Shown here: positions 26,805 to 38,498 of the stretch, piece by piece
Numbering within the stretch: the first letter of the stretch is position 1
Layout: each line of letters starts with the position of its first letter
Assembly (NCBI GenBank): GCA_043228905.1
Contig: JBHGNT010000012.1
Coordinates: 17,670,001 to 17,734,000 of the forward strand
Direction of reading: 5' to 3'
From: Azolla caroliniana
Lineage: Eukaryota > Plantae > Polypodiophyta
Length of the DNA: 64,000 nt
The notes under the pieces: model-generated
Databases searched by the model: none
Seen by the model: the letters and a program-made list of their open reading frames with translations, nothing else
What the model was told of the DNA's origin: nothing
Translations under genes and position numbers: made by a program

Positions 26805-29799
26805 TAAACGTTTTATACAACCAATTAATTACCACTACAACATCATTGAATTAATGAAAACAATTACATATAGACTATACACATGATTAGATGGGAGAAG
26901 AAAAAATAGAAAAAAAAAAAGGAAAGAGTTACCGAAGCTCCTTTGTTGATCGTTGTCTGGATCAAGGCTGACCGCACATCGATCGATCACCATTAATCAA
27001 CAAAACAAAAGACAACAAAAGAAACATTAGTAAATTAGCTCGGATACCAACTATCAGAGACATGAACTAATGTAAGCATAAAATAAGGATAAAACATAGA
27101 TCTACATAGATATAAAGGAGAGAGAGAAAGAAGGGTGTCGATCCACCCGGCCACCCCCGAACGAAGGGATCGAGATGGACTTGAGCCTCAATCGGTTTCC
27201 CATACCACATCCATGCCGTTGAATCGTACCTTGTGCTGCCGCGCTCACTACAAGACTTGACCCACCACAAGACAAAGTCTCAACGTAGTCAACAAGATGA
27301 TCAAATGATGGTAGCTAGGCCTCTTATTTATAATGATACCCAAGGCCCCCAGGCAAGTTCACACTTGGCCTAATGGGTTGTCTCAATCCCGAGGATTAAA
27401 AGTAATCCTCCCCTTCTTTATACTCTCGTTTAACCCTCACACTTATCCACGTTGTCGCGTTGTTACGCGCGTGCGTGGAGAAAGGCAAGACCACGGGGGT
27501 CTTGGACTAGGGAGTGACGGAGCGTAGGAAATCGTGCTTCACCTTTCCCAGGGCACCCCAGGAGCACACCGGAAGCAACCGAAGGGGGAGAGAGAGAAAG
27601 AGAGCAGGCACGCAACATTGACTCTCGCACGAACATGTACATAAGCCAGAAAGAAACCCTAAGACACACACACGCACACCAACAGAGACCCGAATATGCA
27701 CAACCAAATGTATATGTATTTACAAGACAACGAGATTCAACACCGACTTCTAGCCGGACCTAGGCCGCATGAGATACAACCGTTGTCTACTACCAAGCCG
27801 TCGGTCGGGGAGCTCTCGGGCTTGTCGCGCCGAGCGGGGTCTTGCACAGAGTACAGGACAAAAAACTGGAACGCTAGATGCCAAGGCTCGACACACAAAA
27901 GGACGAAGAAGAAGAAGAAGCAGAGGAGAGCAAGAAGAAGAAACCCTAAAACAAGAGAGAGAGAGAGAGAGAGAAAGAGAGAACGTCTTTCAGTCTAACG
28001 GTATACCCTACTAATACAAAATGGGCAACCCTTCTACAAGGGACCATCCCTTCCTTTTATAGAACAAGGAGAGGGATGCGTTACAATGTGGGATAAATCC
28101 CGATTTACATGGGATTCTTCGTCCCGACTTAACTCCTATTATTCACACAATTACACGAGGGTGAGTGCACATGGTGCACCCCGCTGATGTAGCCAATCTT
28201 TCCCGGTTTCCGCCTCTGGCCGAAATTCTTCACGACATCCGCCCCCACCTAACCGCACGTCCACCGATACGTGCCAAATCTGGTTGAAAGGTGAGAGATT
28301 TCGGCCGGTGAGAAACCAGTCTTCCGTAATCCGCATCCCGGCTTGCTGCCAGTTTGAACCGTCGGTTGCGGTTCTCCCTTCGCGCTTACCTCTCCGTAGG
28401 CTCATTCGACCCGTCGATGGGTCCTTCACCACGATCTCCGTAGAACGCGTACTTCCGCTGGCCCTTGTTCGGCCGTATGCACGCTCCGGTCTCCGCCGTA
28501 TGCCCGATGTCCTCCGCTTGGAGAACGCCCGTAGTGGCCCGCTTGGCCTCCGTCAACCATTCGTGTTGTCCTGATTGCCATCCCATGTTGCTTCGCGTTG
28601 CCTTCGTCCTCTCGCCACCACCTTCTTTCTCCATGGTCTCGAACCGCCATGGTCTCCGGAATGGTGTGGGGGATCCTTTTCTGGCCTTCTACGCGGTACC
28701 TCCGAACCGCGCAACCCATCTTCGCGCTCGCCTTTCCACTCTGGCACCTCCGTGTGCCGCATACCCTCGTCCGTTGTTTGGCACTACCTGTGCTGTACTT
28801 AGGTTCATTGCACGCCTTGTCGGCCCCTTTCCCATCCAGATCGTGCATCACCGCTCACCCGTATACCGGTGTCCTCCGCATCTGAGGAACACCCCGTAGT
28901 AGCCCGCTTGGCCCTTCCCGTCTTCGTGTTGCTCCAACAGGTCCTGAGTCTTCTGCTTGCCGTCGTCCCCTCGCCCCCACCAGCTTGTCACCCCGGGTTT
29001 GTCGTGTCAGTCTTCGCTACTTCAACGGAGCTACCGAGATCTACGAAGCGAGTGTGGAGAATCCTCCTCCGGCCTCTCTTGCCATCCCCTGACTCCGACC
29101 CTGTGCAGTCCACTAAGCACCTGTCACCTCGTTCCCGGCACCTCCCTTGTGCCATCTTCCGCTTCCTTTGTTCGGCACCATCCGTGCCGAACACCGTCCA
29201 GTAGTCACGCTTCGATCCGGCCCACGATGGCCACTTGCGAGACTCTTGTTTCGTCCCAGGTGTGCCTTTTCGGCCCGACGCACTTCCATGGGTTTGCCCT
29301 ACTGGCTCCTTCCGCTACCGTAACCGGCCGATAAGGATTTCGCACTTCGTCCACCCCGTCTTACCGACCTTTGTCGATGTCGGGTCCCGTTCCTTGCTGC
29401 CACCTTCCTTCTCCCTCGGTCTTACATTGCCACGTTGAAGGATCCGGTGTGAAGGATCCTCCTTGGGCCTCTAATTTGTCTTCCCAACCCTGTCCCGAGT
29501 CGCCCTTTTTCGCATGCCAAGAGGGCAATTTGCTCCGCGCCCTCTCCCGTGGTACCGACGTACCGTGTCCTCGGCCTCTTCGTAGGCCTGGTCTCTTCCT
29601 CCCTCCCGAATGGTTATCCGGGAGTTCGCTCCGCCCCGTTCTCGTTCGGGTCCATTCGTCATTCTTCAGATTGTCGGGTCCCGTTCTCCTGTCGCCACCG
29701 ACCTCTCCTATAGGACTCACGCCGGCACTCAGGCCGACAGCCGGATTGGTGTGAAGATCTCCATAGGACCGGTCTTCGTTCTCCTCTTCATCCCTTGTA

Positions 29800-29984
29800 C
29801 TTCTCCCGAACTCGTCGTTGCTCTCCTTCTCGTGTACCCGCCTCCATCTCCCATCTCTCTGGGTCTCACGCCGGCTCTCGTTGCCGGCTGCCTTCTCCCG
29901 AACTCGTCGTTGCTCTCCTTCTCGTGTACCCGCCTCCATCTCCCATCTCTCTGGGTCTCACGCCGGCTCTCGTTGCCGGCTGCC
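29800..29984. repeat. 92-bp tandem duplication inside F
   Basis: CTTCTCCCGAACTCGTCGTTG...GTTGCCGGCTGC starting at 29800 and 29892, apparently identical. Confidence 0.9.
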
Positions 29985-30477
29985 TGAGTCTCCAGATAAG
30001 ACGTGGTGTTTCCGCCTCGCAATGATTTGCGGACGCTCGTTCAGGGTACCGCTCCCAAGCACGTTCGGGGTACCGCTCCCAAGCACATTCGGTGAGAAGC
30101 ATCTGGTCTGTGATCAACCAAGCCCCGCCTGGGCTTGGTTCTCCAATGTCCGGAGTTTCGGCTCTCATGCCAACCTCTCCAGACTCGTTCCGAACCCTTG
30201 ATCACTTCCCTTCCAATTCCCGACCTTCGCCCGGTCGGTCTTTCTCCCCATGTCAAAGAGAGCGGCTCGTCCCGCACCCTCTCCCATATCGGCACCTTCA
30301 TGCCGAATCCGACCCTGATCGAACGATCCACGACCGGATTACGCTCCATCCGTATCGGAATGCCGATCTTTCCGTGCCGCCTCCGTCCTTGGCCTCCTCG
30401 CAGGCCGTTTCCCATCCCTCTTCGCTGGCATCGTGCCAGGACTCCTCGTCGGCGCCTTCCTTCTCTCCGGTCTCATG

Positions 30478-31440
30478 TCAGCACACGGGCTCGACCACCG
30501 GAGTCTCCGGAATCCGTGTGGAGGGCTCTTCTTCGCTCCCGACCTTGTCCTCGGTCGGCAATTCTCCGCAAGTCGAGAGGGCGTTATGTTCCACACCCTC
30601 TCCCGTCGTACCGTCGTACCGGTTTTCCGCCATCGCGTGGGGCAAGTCCGTCTCCTCGGTCTCGGCTTGCGGCCTCGATCTTTCCTCTTCCTCGAGCATC
30701 GCCTCGAGAGCTGCATACGCCTCCGCAATCCTTGCCCCAACGCCGACCCTTGCCGACTCTCTTTGCCATTCGGCCTCTTCCCGTTGTGATGGCACGCCAT
30801 CGCGCGCCTTCCTCTTAGCCTTCTCGGCTCGCTCATCGTCTAGCCGTTGGCACACCCTTTCGACCTTCGACCAGTCCTCAGTGAGCCCATTCGCTCCATC
30901 ATCGTCTTCGAGCTCAATCCCGATGGCCTCCCGTTCCACTCGGTTGATCGACCTGACGAACAATAGGACTTTGTCCGCTCCCACCAAACCTTGTTCCCGC
31001 TCCGGGAGCCGAGCAAGCCGCCGCTCGTACTCTCGGAACGCCTTCATTGCGCCCCGGTGGGTCTTCGCCGACGATATCCATTGGTCGAAGTCACGCCTTC
31101 CCCGGCCTTTCGGCCGCCCTCCGTATGCCTTCAGGAGCGCCTCTTCGAAGGCCTCCCACGAACTATGAGCCTCACGGAGCTCCTTTACTTCCGCATGCAT
31201 CCGGACAGCTACGACCCGACAGAAGAACTCCAGCCTCAACGCCTCATCTACGCCACGCTCCTCCATTTCCGCGTTGTAGGCTTCAAGGTAAGATGGGACT
31301 TTGTCCCCGTTGAAACGGCTGACTCTCTCGACCACTCGCTCAACCGCTTGTTGCATTGCTTCTCGCCTCCTCACCACTCGTGCCGACTCCAACACCACTT
31401 CGGCCACCATCACCGCGAGGTCGTCATCTTCCGACTCCAT
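30478..31440 (-). CDS. Retrotransposon Gag-like protein of element F (320 aa)
   Basis: ATG 15 nt after the PBS. Helical gag-like segment RFNGDKVPSYLEAYNAEM...SSWEAFEEALLKAY...KVLLFVRSI...GLTEDWSKV followed by an acidic low-complexity tail. Gag identity is inferred from position and motif style. Confidence 0.75.
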   Translation of the reverse strand: MESEDDDLAVMVAEVVLESARVVRRREAMQQAVERVVERVSRFNGDKVPSYLEAYNAEMEERGVDEALRLEFFCRVVAVRMHAEVKELREAHSSWEAFEEALLKAYGGRPKGRGRRDFDQWISSAKTHRGAMKAFREYERRLARLPEREQGLVGADKVLLFVRSINRVEREAIGIELEDDDGANGLTEDWSKVERVCQRLDDERAEKAKRKARDGVPSQREEAEWQRESARVGVGARIAEAYAALEAMLEEEERSRPQAETEETDLPHAMAENRYDGTTGEGVEHNALSTCGELPTEDKVGSEEEPSTRIPETPVVEPVC

Positions 31441-31455
31441 CCTCCCTTGCCGCCT

Positions 31456-31473
31456 TTCACGTCGGGTTCACCA
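31456..31473 (-). other. Primer-binding site complementary to the 3' end of tRNA-Trp
   Basis: The plus strand TTCACGTCGGGTTCACCA matches the recalled 3' end of plant cytosolic tRNA-Trp plus CCA and lies 4 nt from the 5' LTR. Confidence 0.85.
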
Positions 31474-34280
31474 AAGATGTCGCGTTGTTACGCCCGTGCG
31501 TGGAGAAAGGCGGGACCACAGGGGTCTTGGACTAGGGAGTGACGGAGCGTAGGAAATCGTGCTTCACCTTTCCCAGGGCACCCCAGGAGCACACCGGAAG
31601 CAACCGAAGGGAGAGAGAGAGAAAGAGAGCAGGCACGCAACATTGACTCTCGCACGAACATGTACATAAGCCAGAAAGAAACACTAAGACACACGCACGC
31701 ACGCCAACAGAGACCCGAATATGCACAACCAAATGTATATGTATTTACAAGACAACGAGATTCAACACCGACTTCTAGCCGGACCTAGGCCGCATGAGAT
31801 ACAACCGTTGTCTACTACCAAGCCGTCGGTCAGGGAGCTCTCGAGCTTGTCGCGCCGAGCGGGGTCTTGCACAGAGTATAGGACAAAAAACTGGAACGCT
31901 AGATGCCAAGGCTCGACACACAAAAGGACGAAGAAGAAGAAGAAGCAAAGGAGAGCAAGAAGAAGAAACCCTAAAACAAGAGAGAGAGGGAGAGAGAGAG
32001 AGAAAGAGAGAACGTATTTCCGTCTAACGGTATACCCTACTAATACAAAATGGGCAACCCTTCTACAAGGGACCATCCCTTCCTTTTATAGAACAAGGAG
32101 AGGGATGCGTTACAATGTGGGATAAATCCCGATTTACATGGGATTCTTCGTCCCAACTTAACTCCTATTATTCACACAATTAAACGAGGGTGAGTGCACA
32201 TGGTGCACCCCGCCGATGTAGCTAATCTTTCCCGGTTTCCGCCTTTGGCCGAAATTCTTCACGACAACGTGTATAGAATACTACGGTAAATTCTCACCAC
32301 AGGATATTATATGGTCATGCCCGTAACAGGAGAGTTGTGGGTGCCACTGTAGTTGGTCCTGATGTCATTCGAGTCAGAGATCTTCCACGAGGTGTGCCCA
32401 CTATATTAATGCTTGGTGGTGAGGAAAACGAATTCCGAACTAATGTAAAGATGGCATGTAATCATTTCTTCTGTATTCTTGGATTGCACATTGAAAGTAA
32501 TACAAAACAAGTTTTAGGGGAAGTTAGTGAGAACACACAAGATAATGGCATCAGTGGCAGTGATGATGATCAGAAGAAGAGAAGCTACATACTAACGCCT
32601 TGCTTCTTCTTGGTGTCCCCGAATGCATCGAGGTATACTGCAGGATCGGGAGAACAGCTCTCAAAGCCGACCATGCGCAAACGGTCTGCTAGTAGACGCC
32701 ACAGCCGACCAGACGAACGTGGAGTCTGCCACTCTACCACAGTTTTGATTTAGCAAGATCCATAGATATGCCTTCCGAGGAGATGACATAATTGTTACCC
32801 GTAAGAATATACGAGGAGGCATAAGGGTATGTGTAATGATGTGGTTGATGTGTATGTATAATATGAATGAGCGTGTGAGGATGAGTATGTGTATGTGTAT
32901 AAACACATGCACATTTGTGTGCATGTGTACAAAGGTGAGAAAGTGGGTACGTAATGTAACTACCTACTTGTCTCATTCTTTATTTGTAACGGTTACCTCT
33001 TGTACTATATAAACCCCACCCATGGGGCATAATGGAATACATCTTTTCCCTCTCATTTTTGTGTCATTTTGTATTTTCACTTTCCTTCTCTCTCTCTATC
33101 GTAACCCCCTTTGGAGGGGGGTGAAGCCATTCTAAGCTTCACCCCCCACCCCAACAACAATAACCTCAAAATTCCACTTGGTTGCACTCGAAACTACATT
33201 TTTCCAGTTTTGCATAAAGACCATGTTCTCGAAGTCGTTTTAGTACTAATAGTACATGAGAATCATGCTCTTCTTGGGTCTTCGAATAAACCAGTAGATC
33301 ATCCAAATAGATGATCGAACAAACATCCAAGAGATCTCGGAATATATCATTTTCCATGTGTTGAAATATTGTTGGCGCATTGGTGAGACCGAATGGCATG
33401 ACCGTATACTCGAAGTTCCCATATCTGGTGCGAAACGTGGTTTTCCATTCATCTCCTGGCCGGATCTGTACGAGGTTATATGCTCCTCATAAGTTGATCT
33501 TTGTGAGGAACCTTGCACCATTGATCCGTTCTAAAATACTTGAGATAAGGGGGAGTGCGTACCTATTCCTGATGGTGACCTTATTCAAGCCACGGTGATA
33601 TACGACGAGACGAAGTGATCCATCCTTTTTCTTGACAAAGAAAATGGGTGCGCCGGCTAGAGATTTCGAATGTCGAATGAAACCGTTTGCCAAATTCTCC
33701 TCTATATAAACTCGAAGGACTTCTAGCCCGGTTGGTGACAAGTTGTAGATCGGTCCCCATGGTGGCTCTTTTCCCGGTTGTAAATTGATGGGGCAATCAT
33801 ACGTTTAGTGATGAGGAAGCTACTGAGAACTCAATGCTCCTTATGCACAACGCTCGGCCACGACCGAGCTTAGGATCATACACAGAAAACGGGAAACAAA
33901 TGCACGCGACACAAAAGGAGAGAAAAGGTACACAGGATGTTTACGTGGAAAACCCCAAACTAGGGGGAAAAACCACGGCAGCCCACAGGCTGCAAACTGT
34001 CATTATGTAAGTATGTACAACAGTGAGTTCACTGAGGCACCGACCTCGTGCTCACGGATCTTCGCCACAGGCGGCGGTTACAACAGAGGCAGCGACCTCT
34101 TTCTCTCTCTCTCTCTCTCCCTGTACAGTTACGCACACTAATCTCGTGCAAAACAGAAATGACAACAACTGCGACACATATTTGCCCTAAGTCATATTTA
34201 TACTAATATGACTTTTCGGCTATTTACAAATATAGCCTCGATGGACTATCAGAAACATATTTACGAATATGTCTCTTCCT

Positions 34281-34658
34281 CTGGTTCTCACCGGGTCTGC
34301 ACCATCCGGCTCTCCGTAGCCGGGTACTCCTTATCCGATTCTCACCGGACCTGCACCATCCGGCTCTCCGTAGCCGGGTACTCCTCATCCGGTTCACACC
34401 GGGACTGCACCATCCGGCTCTCCGTAGCCGGGTACTCCTCATCCGGTTCACACCGGGTCTTCACCATCCAGCTCTCCATAGCCAGGTACTCCTTATCCGG
34501 TTCTCACCGGGTCTACACCATCCGGCTCTCCGTAGCCGGGTACTCCTTATCCGGTTCTCACCGGGCCTGCACCATCCGACTCTCCGTACTCGGGTACTCC
34601 TCATCCGGTTCATACCGGGTCTGTATCATACGGCTCTCCGTAGCCAGGTACTCCTCTT
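34281..34658. repeat. 54-bp tandem array (7 copies) in U3 of the 3' LTR of I
   Basis: Unit CCGGTTCTCACCGGGTCTGCACCATCCGGCTCTCCGTAGCCGGGTACTCCTCAT; only 2 copies at 38989-39096 in the 5' LTR. Confidence 0.95.
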
Positions 34659-34746
34659 CCGATTTCGGCCTCGGCCGAGATTGTTCGTCAGCACTGTTCT
34701 TCTCCCTTCCCATCCGGAGGGACCTGTCTCCCAACAAACTCCCCCT

Positions 34747-37700
34747 TCACTCCGGCATGGGATGTCTTACCAGTCCGATCCTCTTCCGACATGCATCCAG
34801 CTTGTCGGGTATCAGAACTTTGGTCAGCATATCTGACCCGTTCTCGACCGTGTGGATCTTCGTCAGCGCGATATCCTGGTCATCTACTCTTTCCCGGATC
34901 CAGTGATATCTCCGTTGGATATTCTTCGTCCAGGAATGGTAGGCCGCATTCTTAGCAAGGTGGATGGCACTTTGACTGTCGCAATAGAGTCGGTATTCAT
35001 CTTGCCAGATACCGAGCTCTCCGATGAAGTCCTTCATCCATAAGATTTCCTTGTCGGCTTCCACAGCTGCCATGTACTCCACCTCCGTGGTTGACAATGC
35101 AACCGTCTTCTGCAGCCTCGACTGCCACGAAACAGCTCCCCCTGCATATGTCATTACATACTCGGATGTAGACCGGCTGGTATCCACATCAGCTGACATG
35201 TCCGAATCGGTGAAACCGTCAAGTTGAGGTTTTCCGGAGCCGAATTGGAGACACATATTTGAAGTGCCCTTCAAATACCGGAGTATCCATTTGACCGCGT
35301 TCCAGTGCTCCTTGTCGGGATTGCTCATGAACCGGCTCACCACTCCGACTGTGTATCCTATATCCATTCGGGTACACACCATTGCGTACATCAGGCTCCC
35401 GACGGCAGAGGCATATGGAATTTTAATCATATCCGCCTTCTCTGCTTTCGTCTTCGGGCTCTGCTTACCGGATAGCCTGCAGTTTGCCGGAAGTGTCGAT
35501 CCGACTGGTTTCGCTTCTGACATGTTGAACCGGTGAAGTACCTTTGTCACATACTTCTCCTGTGACAGCCATAAATGCTTCACTGACCGGTCCCGAATGA
35601 TGTGCATCCCCAGCATCTGTCTTGCCGGACCCAAATCTTTCATTGAGAAGGTCCGGTTGAGAGCCTTCTTCAGCATCCGTATTTTGACTTGGTCCCGTCC
35701 GACGATCAACATGTCATCCACGTACAGAAGGAGTATTAGGAAGTCGCCTCCTTCAAACTTCTTCACAAACACACAGTGATCGGCTTGTGTCTTGTGGTAC
35801 CCTTGATCGGTCATGAAGGAGTCGAACTTCCAGTACCATTGCCGGGGGGCCTGCTTCAACCCGTAGAGGCTCTTCTTCAGCCGGCAAACCAGGTGCTCCT
35901 TCCCTTTCTCCACAAATTCTTCCGGTTGCTGCATGTAGATCTCCTCTTCGAGGTCGCCGTGAAGGAATGTCGTCTTCACGTCCAGCTGCTCTACCTCAAG
36001 GTCCATGCTTGCCGCTATACTCAGCACCGTCTGGATGGAGGGCATCTTTACTACCGGGGCAAATATCTCGTCGAAGTTCACGCCCTTCTTCTGCTGGAAC
36101 CCCTTCACCACGATCCTGGCTTTGTATCTCGGGGGGTTCCCGGCATCTCCCGGTTTCAACTTGTAGAACCACTTGTTTCAGCTTCCTCTACTTCTTCTTC
36201 TGCCAGTTCGGTATCCTCACCGTATCCGGCTGGTTCTTCGAGTGCTAACCGGTCTCTCGCCGGTTGGGTCTGCTCATCGTAGAGTCGATCCTTACCGGTC
36301 GACTCGGAGTTCATTATCTTCTTCTCCGACTCCCAGTTGGCGAGCGTCTTGTCCTCCATGAAGATAATATCTCGACTCCGGAATACCTTCTTGTCGACCG
36401 GGTCCCACACTCGGTAGCCGAACTCATCGTCACCGTAACCGAGGAATATGCATGGCCGGATCTTTGGATCTAACTTTCCTCTCCGGTCCTTTGCTACATG
36501 CACGTACACGAGACACCCGAACACCTTCAGATGCCAGTAGGACACTTCCTTACCGGTCCATATTCTTTGTGGCGTGTCTCCGTCCAAGGGTACTGAGGGT
36601 GATCTGTTTATCACGTATGTCGCCGTCGACAATGCCTCAGCCCAAAACTTCTTGCGTAGTTTTGCATGCGCTAGCATACTCCGGACCCTCTCCATTATGG
36701 TCCAGTTCATCCTCTCGGCCAGTCCGTTTAGTTCCGGCGTCTTCGGCACGGTAAATTCGAGCCGGATTCCCTTCGAGCGGCAGTACTCCTCGAACTGCCC
36801 CGGTATTCTCCTCCGTTGTCTGCTCGAACCGCCTTCAGCTTCCAGCCGGTTTCTCTTTCCACTCTCGCGTGGAGCTCTTTGAAGACAAGATAGCACCTGA
36901 TCCTTCGTCTTCAACGGTGTGGCCCACAGCTTCCGGCTGTGGTCATCTATAAATGTCACGAAGTACTGCGCTCCGGCATGTGACTTCGTGTCTACTTGAC
37001 ACACATCCGTATGCACCAACTCTAGTGGTGCATTACGTCTCATCGGTGGCCTTGGTCGGAAGGAGGTCCGGTTTTGTTTACCGGCCAGACAGTCAGTGCA
37101 CTTCTCCAAGTGCACGTTCTTCACTGGAATGAGGTTGTCGTCTGCAAGCCTCTTCATCCCCTTCTCGCTCATATGACACAGTCTCTTGTGCCACAACTCA
37201 CCGGCAGTGTCGGATGCCACGTTCACTTCTTCCGGGCATAACCGGCCATTCATCAGGTACAGTGTGTTGACCTTCCGGGCCCGAGCCATAATCAGGCTCC
37301 CTTTGCTGAACTTCATGACACCGTTCCGGATGCTACCCGTGTAGCCTTCATCATCTAGCCGGCCGGCTGATATCAGGTTCAGACGAACCTCCGGAACGTG
37401 TCAGACATCCTTCAGTAGCAACTTGCATCCGGTTGGTGTTGACAGCCACACATCTCCTATGCCGACAATTCGACATGTACCTTCATTCCCCATCGGGACA
37501 CAGTCGTGGTCATCGGCTGAGTAGGATGAGAAGCATTTCCGGTCCGGGGTAAGGTGGAACGATGCTCCGGAGTCTACCACCCAGGTCATCTCGTCGCCGG
37601 CAAGGTTTATCTCACTCTCCTCGGTGATGAGTATCAACTCTTCTTCACTTGCCGCGATTGCCGTCGTTCCCTTCCGGTCCGTCCCCTTCCGATCTTTACC

Positions 37701-38498
37701 GTTCCGGTCCGGGGTCCGCTTCGAATCGGTACCGTCGGTTTCCTTGTCTTTACGGAAATGCCGACAGTTCTTTTGGAAGTGACCCGGCTTGCTGCAATAG
37801 AAGCAAGTGGGCCTCCCCCTTGACTTTGACCGTGTCCCCGACTTCTCCCGGTTCTGGGGACTACGGTTTCTATGTCTTCCGCGTTCTGATTCGGTAAGGA
37901 GCAGTTTGGAGTCGGAGCTCGTATCTTTATCTTTCCGACGCGCCTCCTCATCTAGCAAGCTCGACTTTACTCTTGCTAGGGATAACCGTTTTCCTTCCGG
38001 TCCGACGTTGCCCAAAGTGACCACCAACGTCTCCCAGCTATCCGGGAGGGAACCGAGCAGGAGCAGCGCTAGTACCTCATCAGCGAGAGGTACTTCCAAT
38101 GACGTTGCTTGGTGTATCAGCCCCTAGAAGGCATTCATATGCTCCGCCATGCTGGAGCCATCTTGGTACCGGAGTCTTACTAGCTTCCGGAATACCGAAA
38201 CCTGATTAACAGCATTTTTGTTTTGAAACATTATGCCGATCTTCTCCCAGAGCTCATGAGCCTTGCTCTCTTCATTGAAGTTGTTGTACAGGCTCATGTC
38301 GATGAAGCACCGTATGTACGCCGTTGTCTTCATGTGCATCACCTCCCATATCGCGGCGTCGATTTTGTCCAGTCTCTTGTCCCCGAACTGAACCGGCAGC
38401 CAGAGGTCTTTAACCATGAGCATGTCCCTCATCTTCGACTTCCATACCGAATAGTTGGAGCTGGTGAGCTTGAACATGCCGCCAAACGATTCATCCAT
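34747..38498 (-). pseudogene. Copia I gag-pol (few stops; deletion between integrase and the RT N-terminus near 36175)
   Basis: MDESFGGMFKL, CFYCSKPGHFQKNC, VVDSGASFH, integrase ORF 36156-37316, RT/RNase H ORF 34747-36159 with EQLDVKTTFLHG, LLYVDDML and DSDMSADVDTSRSTS. Confidence 0.93.

Larger units (their letters stand above)
27453..32266 (-). mobile_element. Non-autonomous gag-only LTR retrotransposon F (Gypsy-type gag, tRNA-Trp PBS)
   Basis: LTRs 27453-28237 and 31478-32266 (TGTC...GACA), 4-bp TSD ACGT, PBS at 31456-31473, PPT (GGTTAGGTGGGGGCGGA on minus) at 28238-28254. No RT/RH/INT motifs seen. Confidence 0.9.
14334..32328 (-). mobile_element. Ty3/Gypsy chromovirus E nested in D
   Basis: 3' LTR ~14334-15195 (truncated, split by the MITE) and 5' LTR 27052-32328 (split by F). 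PPT TACTCCCCCTCTT at 15196-15208. Met-type PBS GCTCGGATACCA at 27038-27049. Gag-PR-RT-RH-INT-chromodomain order. Confidence 0.92.
13655..33159 (+). mobile_element. LTR element D (tRNA-Arg-type PBS; internal region mostly lost), inserted in the RT of C
   Basis: LTRs 13655-14089 and 32793-33159 (TGTTACCC...CAACAACA). TSD ATAAC at 13650-13654 and 33160-33164. PBS TGGCACGCCC at 14094-14103. No coding remnants recognised. Confidence 0.85.

Noticed and set aside
31456-31473. tRNA-Trp gene
   Set aside because: Only the 18-nt 3' end with CCA is present, next to an LTR; it is a PBS with no cloverleaf.
28250-31550. Many overlapping ORFs inside F, including 30092..31168 (+)
   Set aside because: GC-rich shadow frames with no recognisable domains; only the PBS-adjacent gag ORF is supported.
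34281-34658. 54-bp array (and the 26601-26804 array) as a CRISPR locus
   Set aside because: The 54-bp units are head-to-tail with no spacers; both arrays lie inside eukaryotic retroelements and there are no cas genes.
34208-34906. Antisense LTR ORF MTFRLFTNIASM.. with 18-aa repeats, also at 38916 and 21391
   Set aside because: Openness follows from a GC-rich 54-bp unit that is stop-free in several frames, and the solo-LTR copy reads the repeat in a different frame, so the protein is not conserved.
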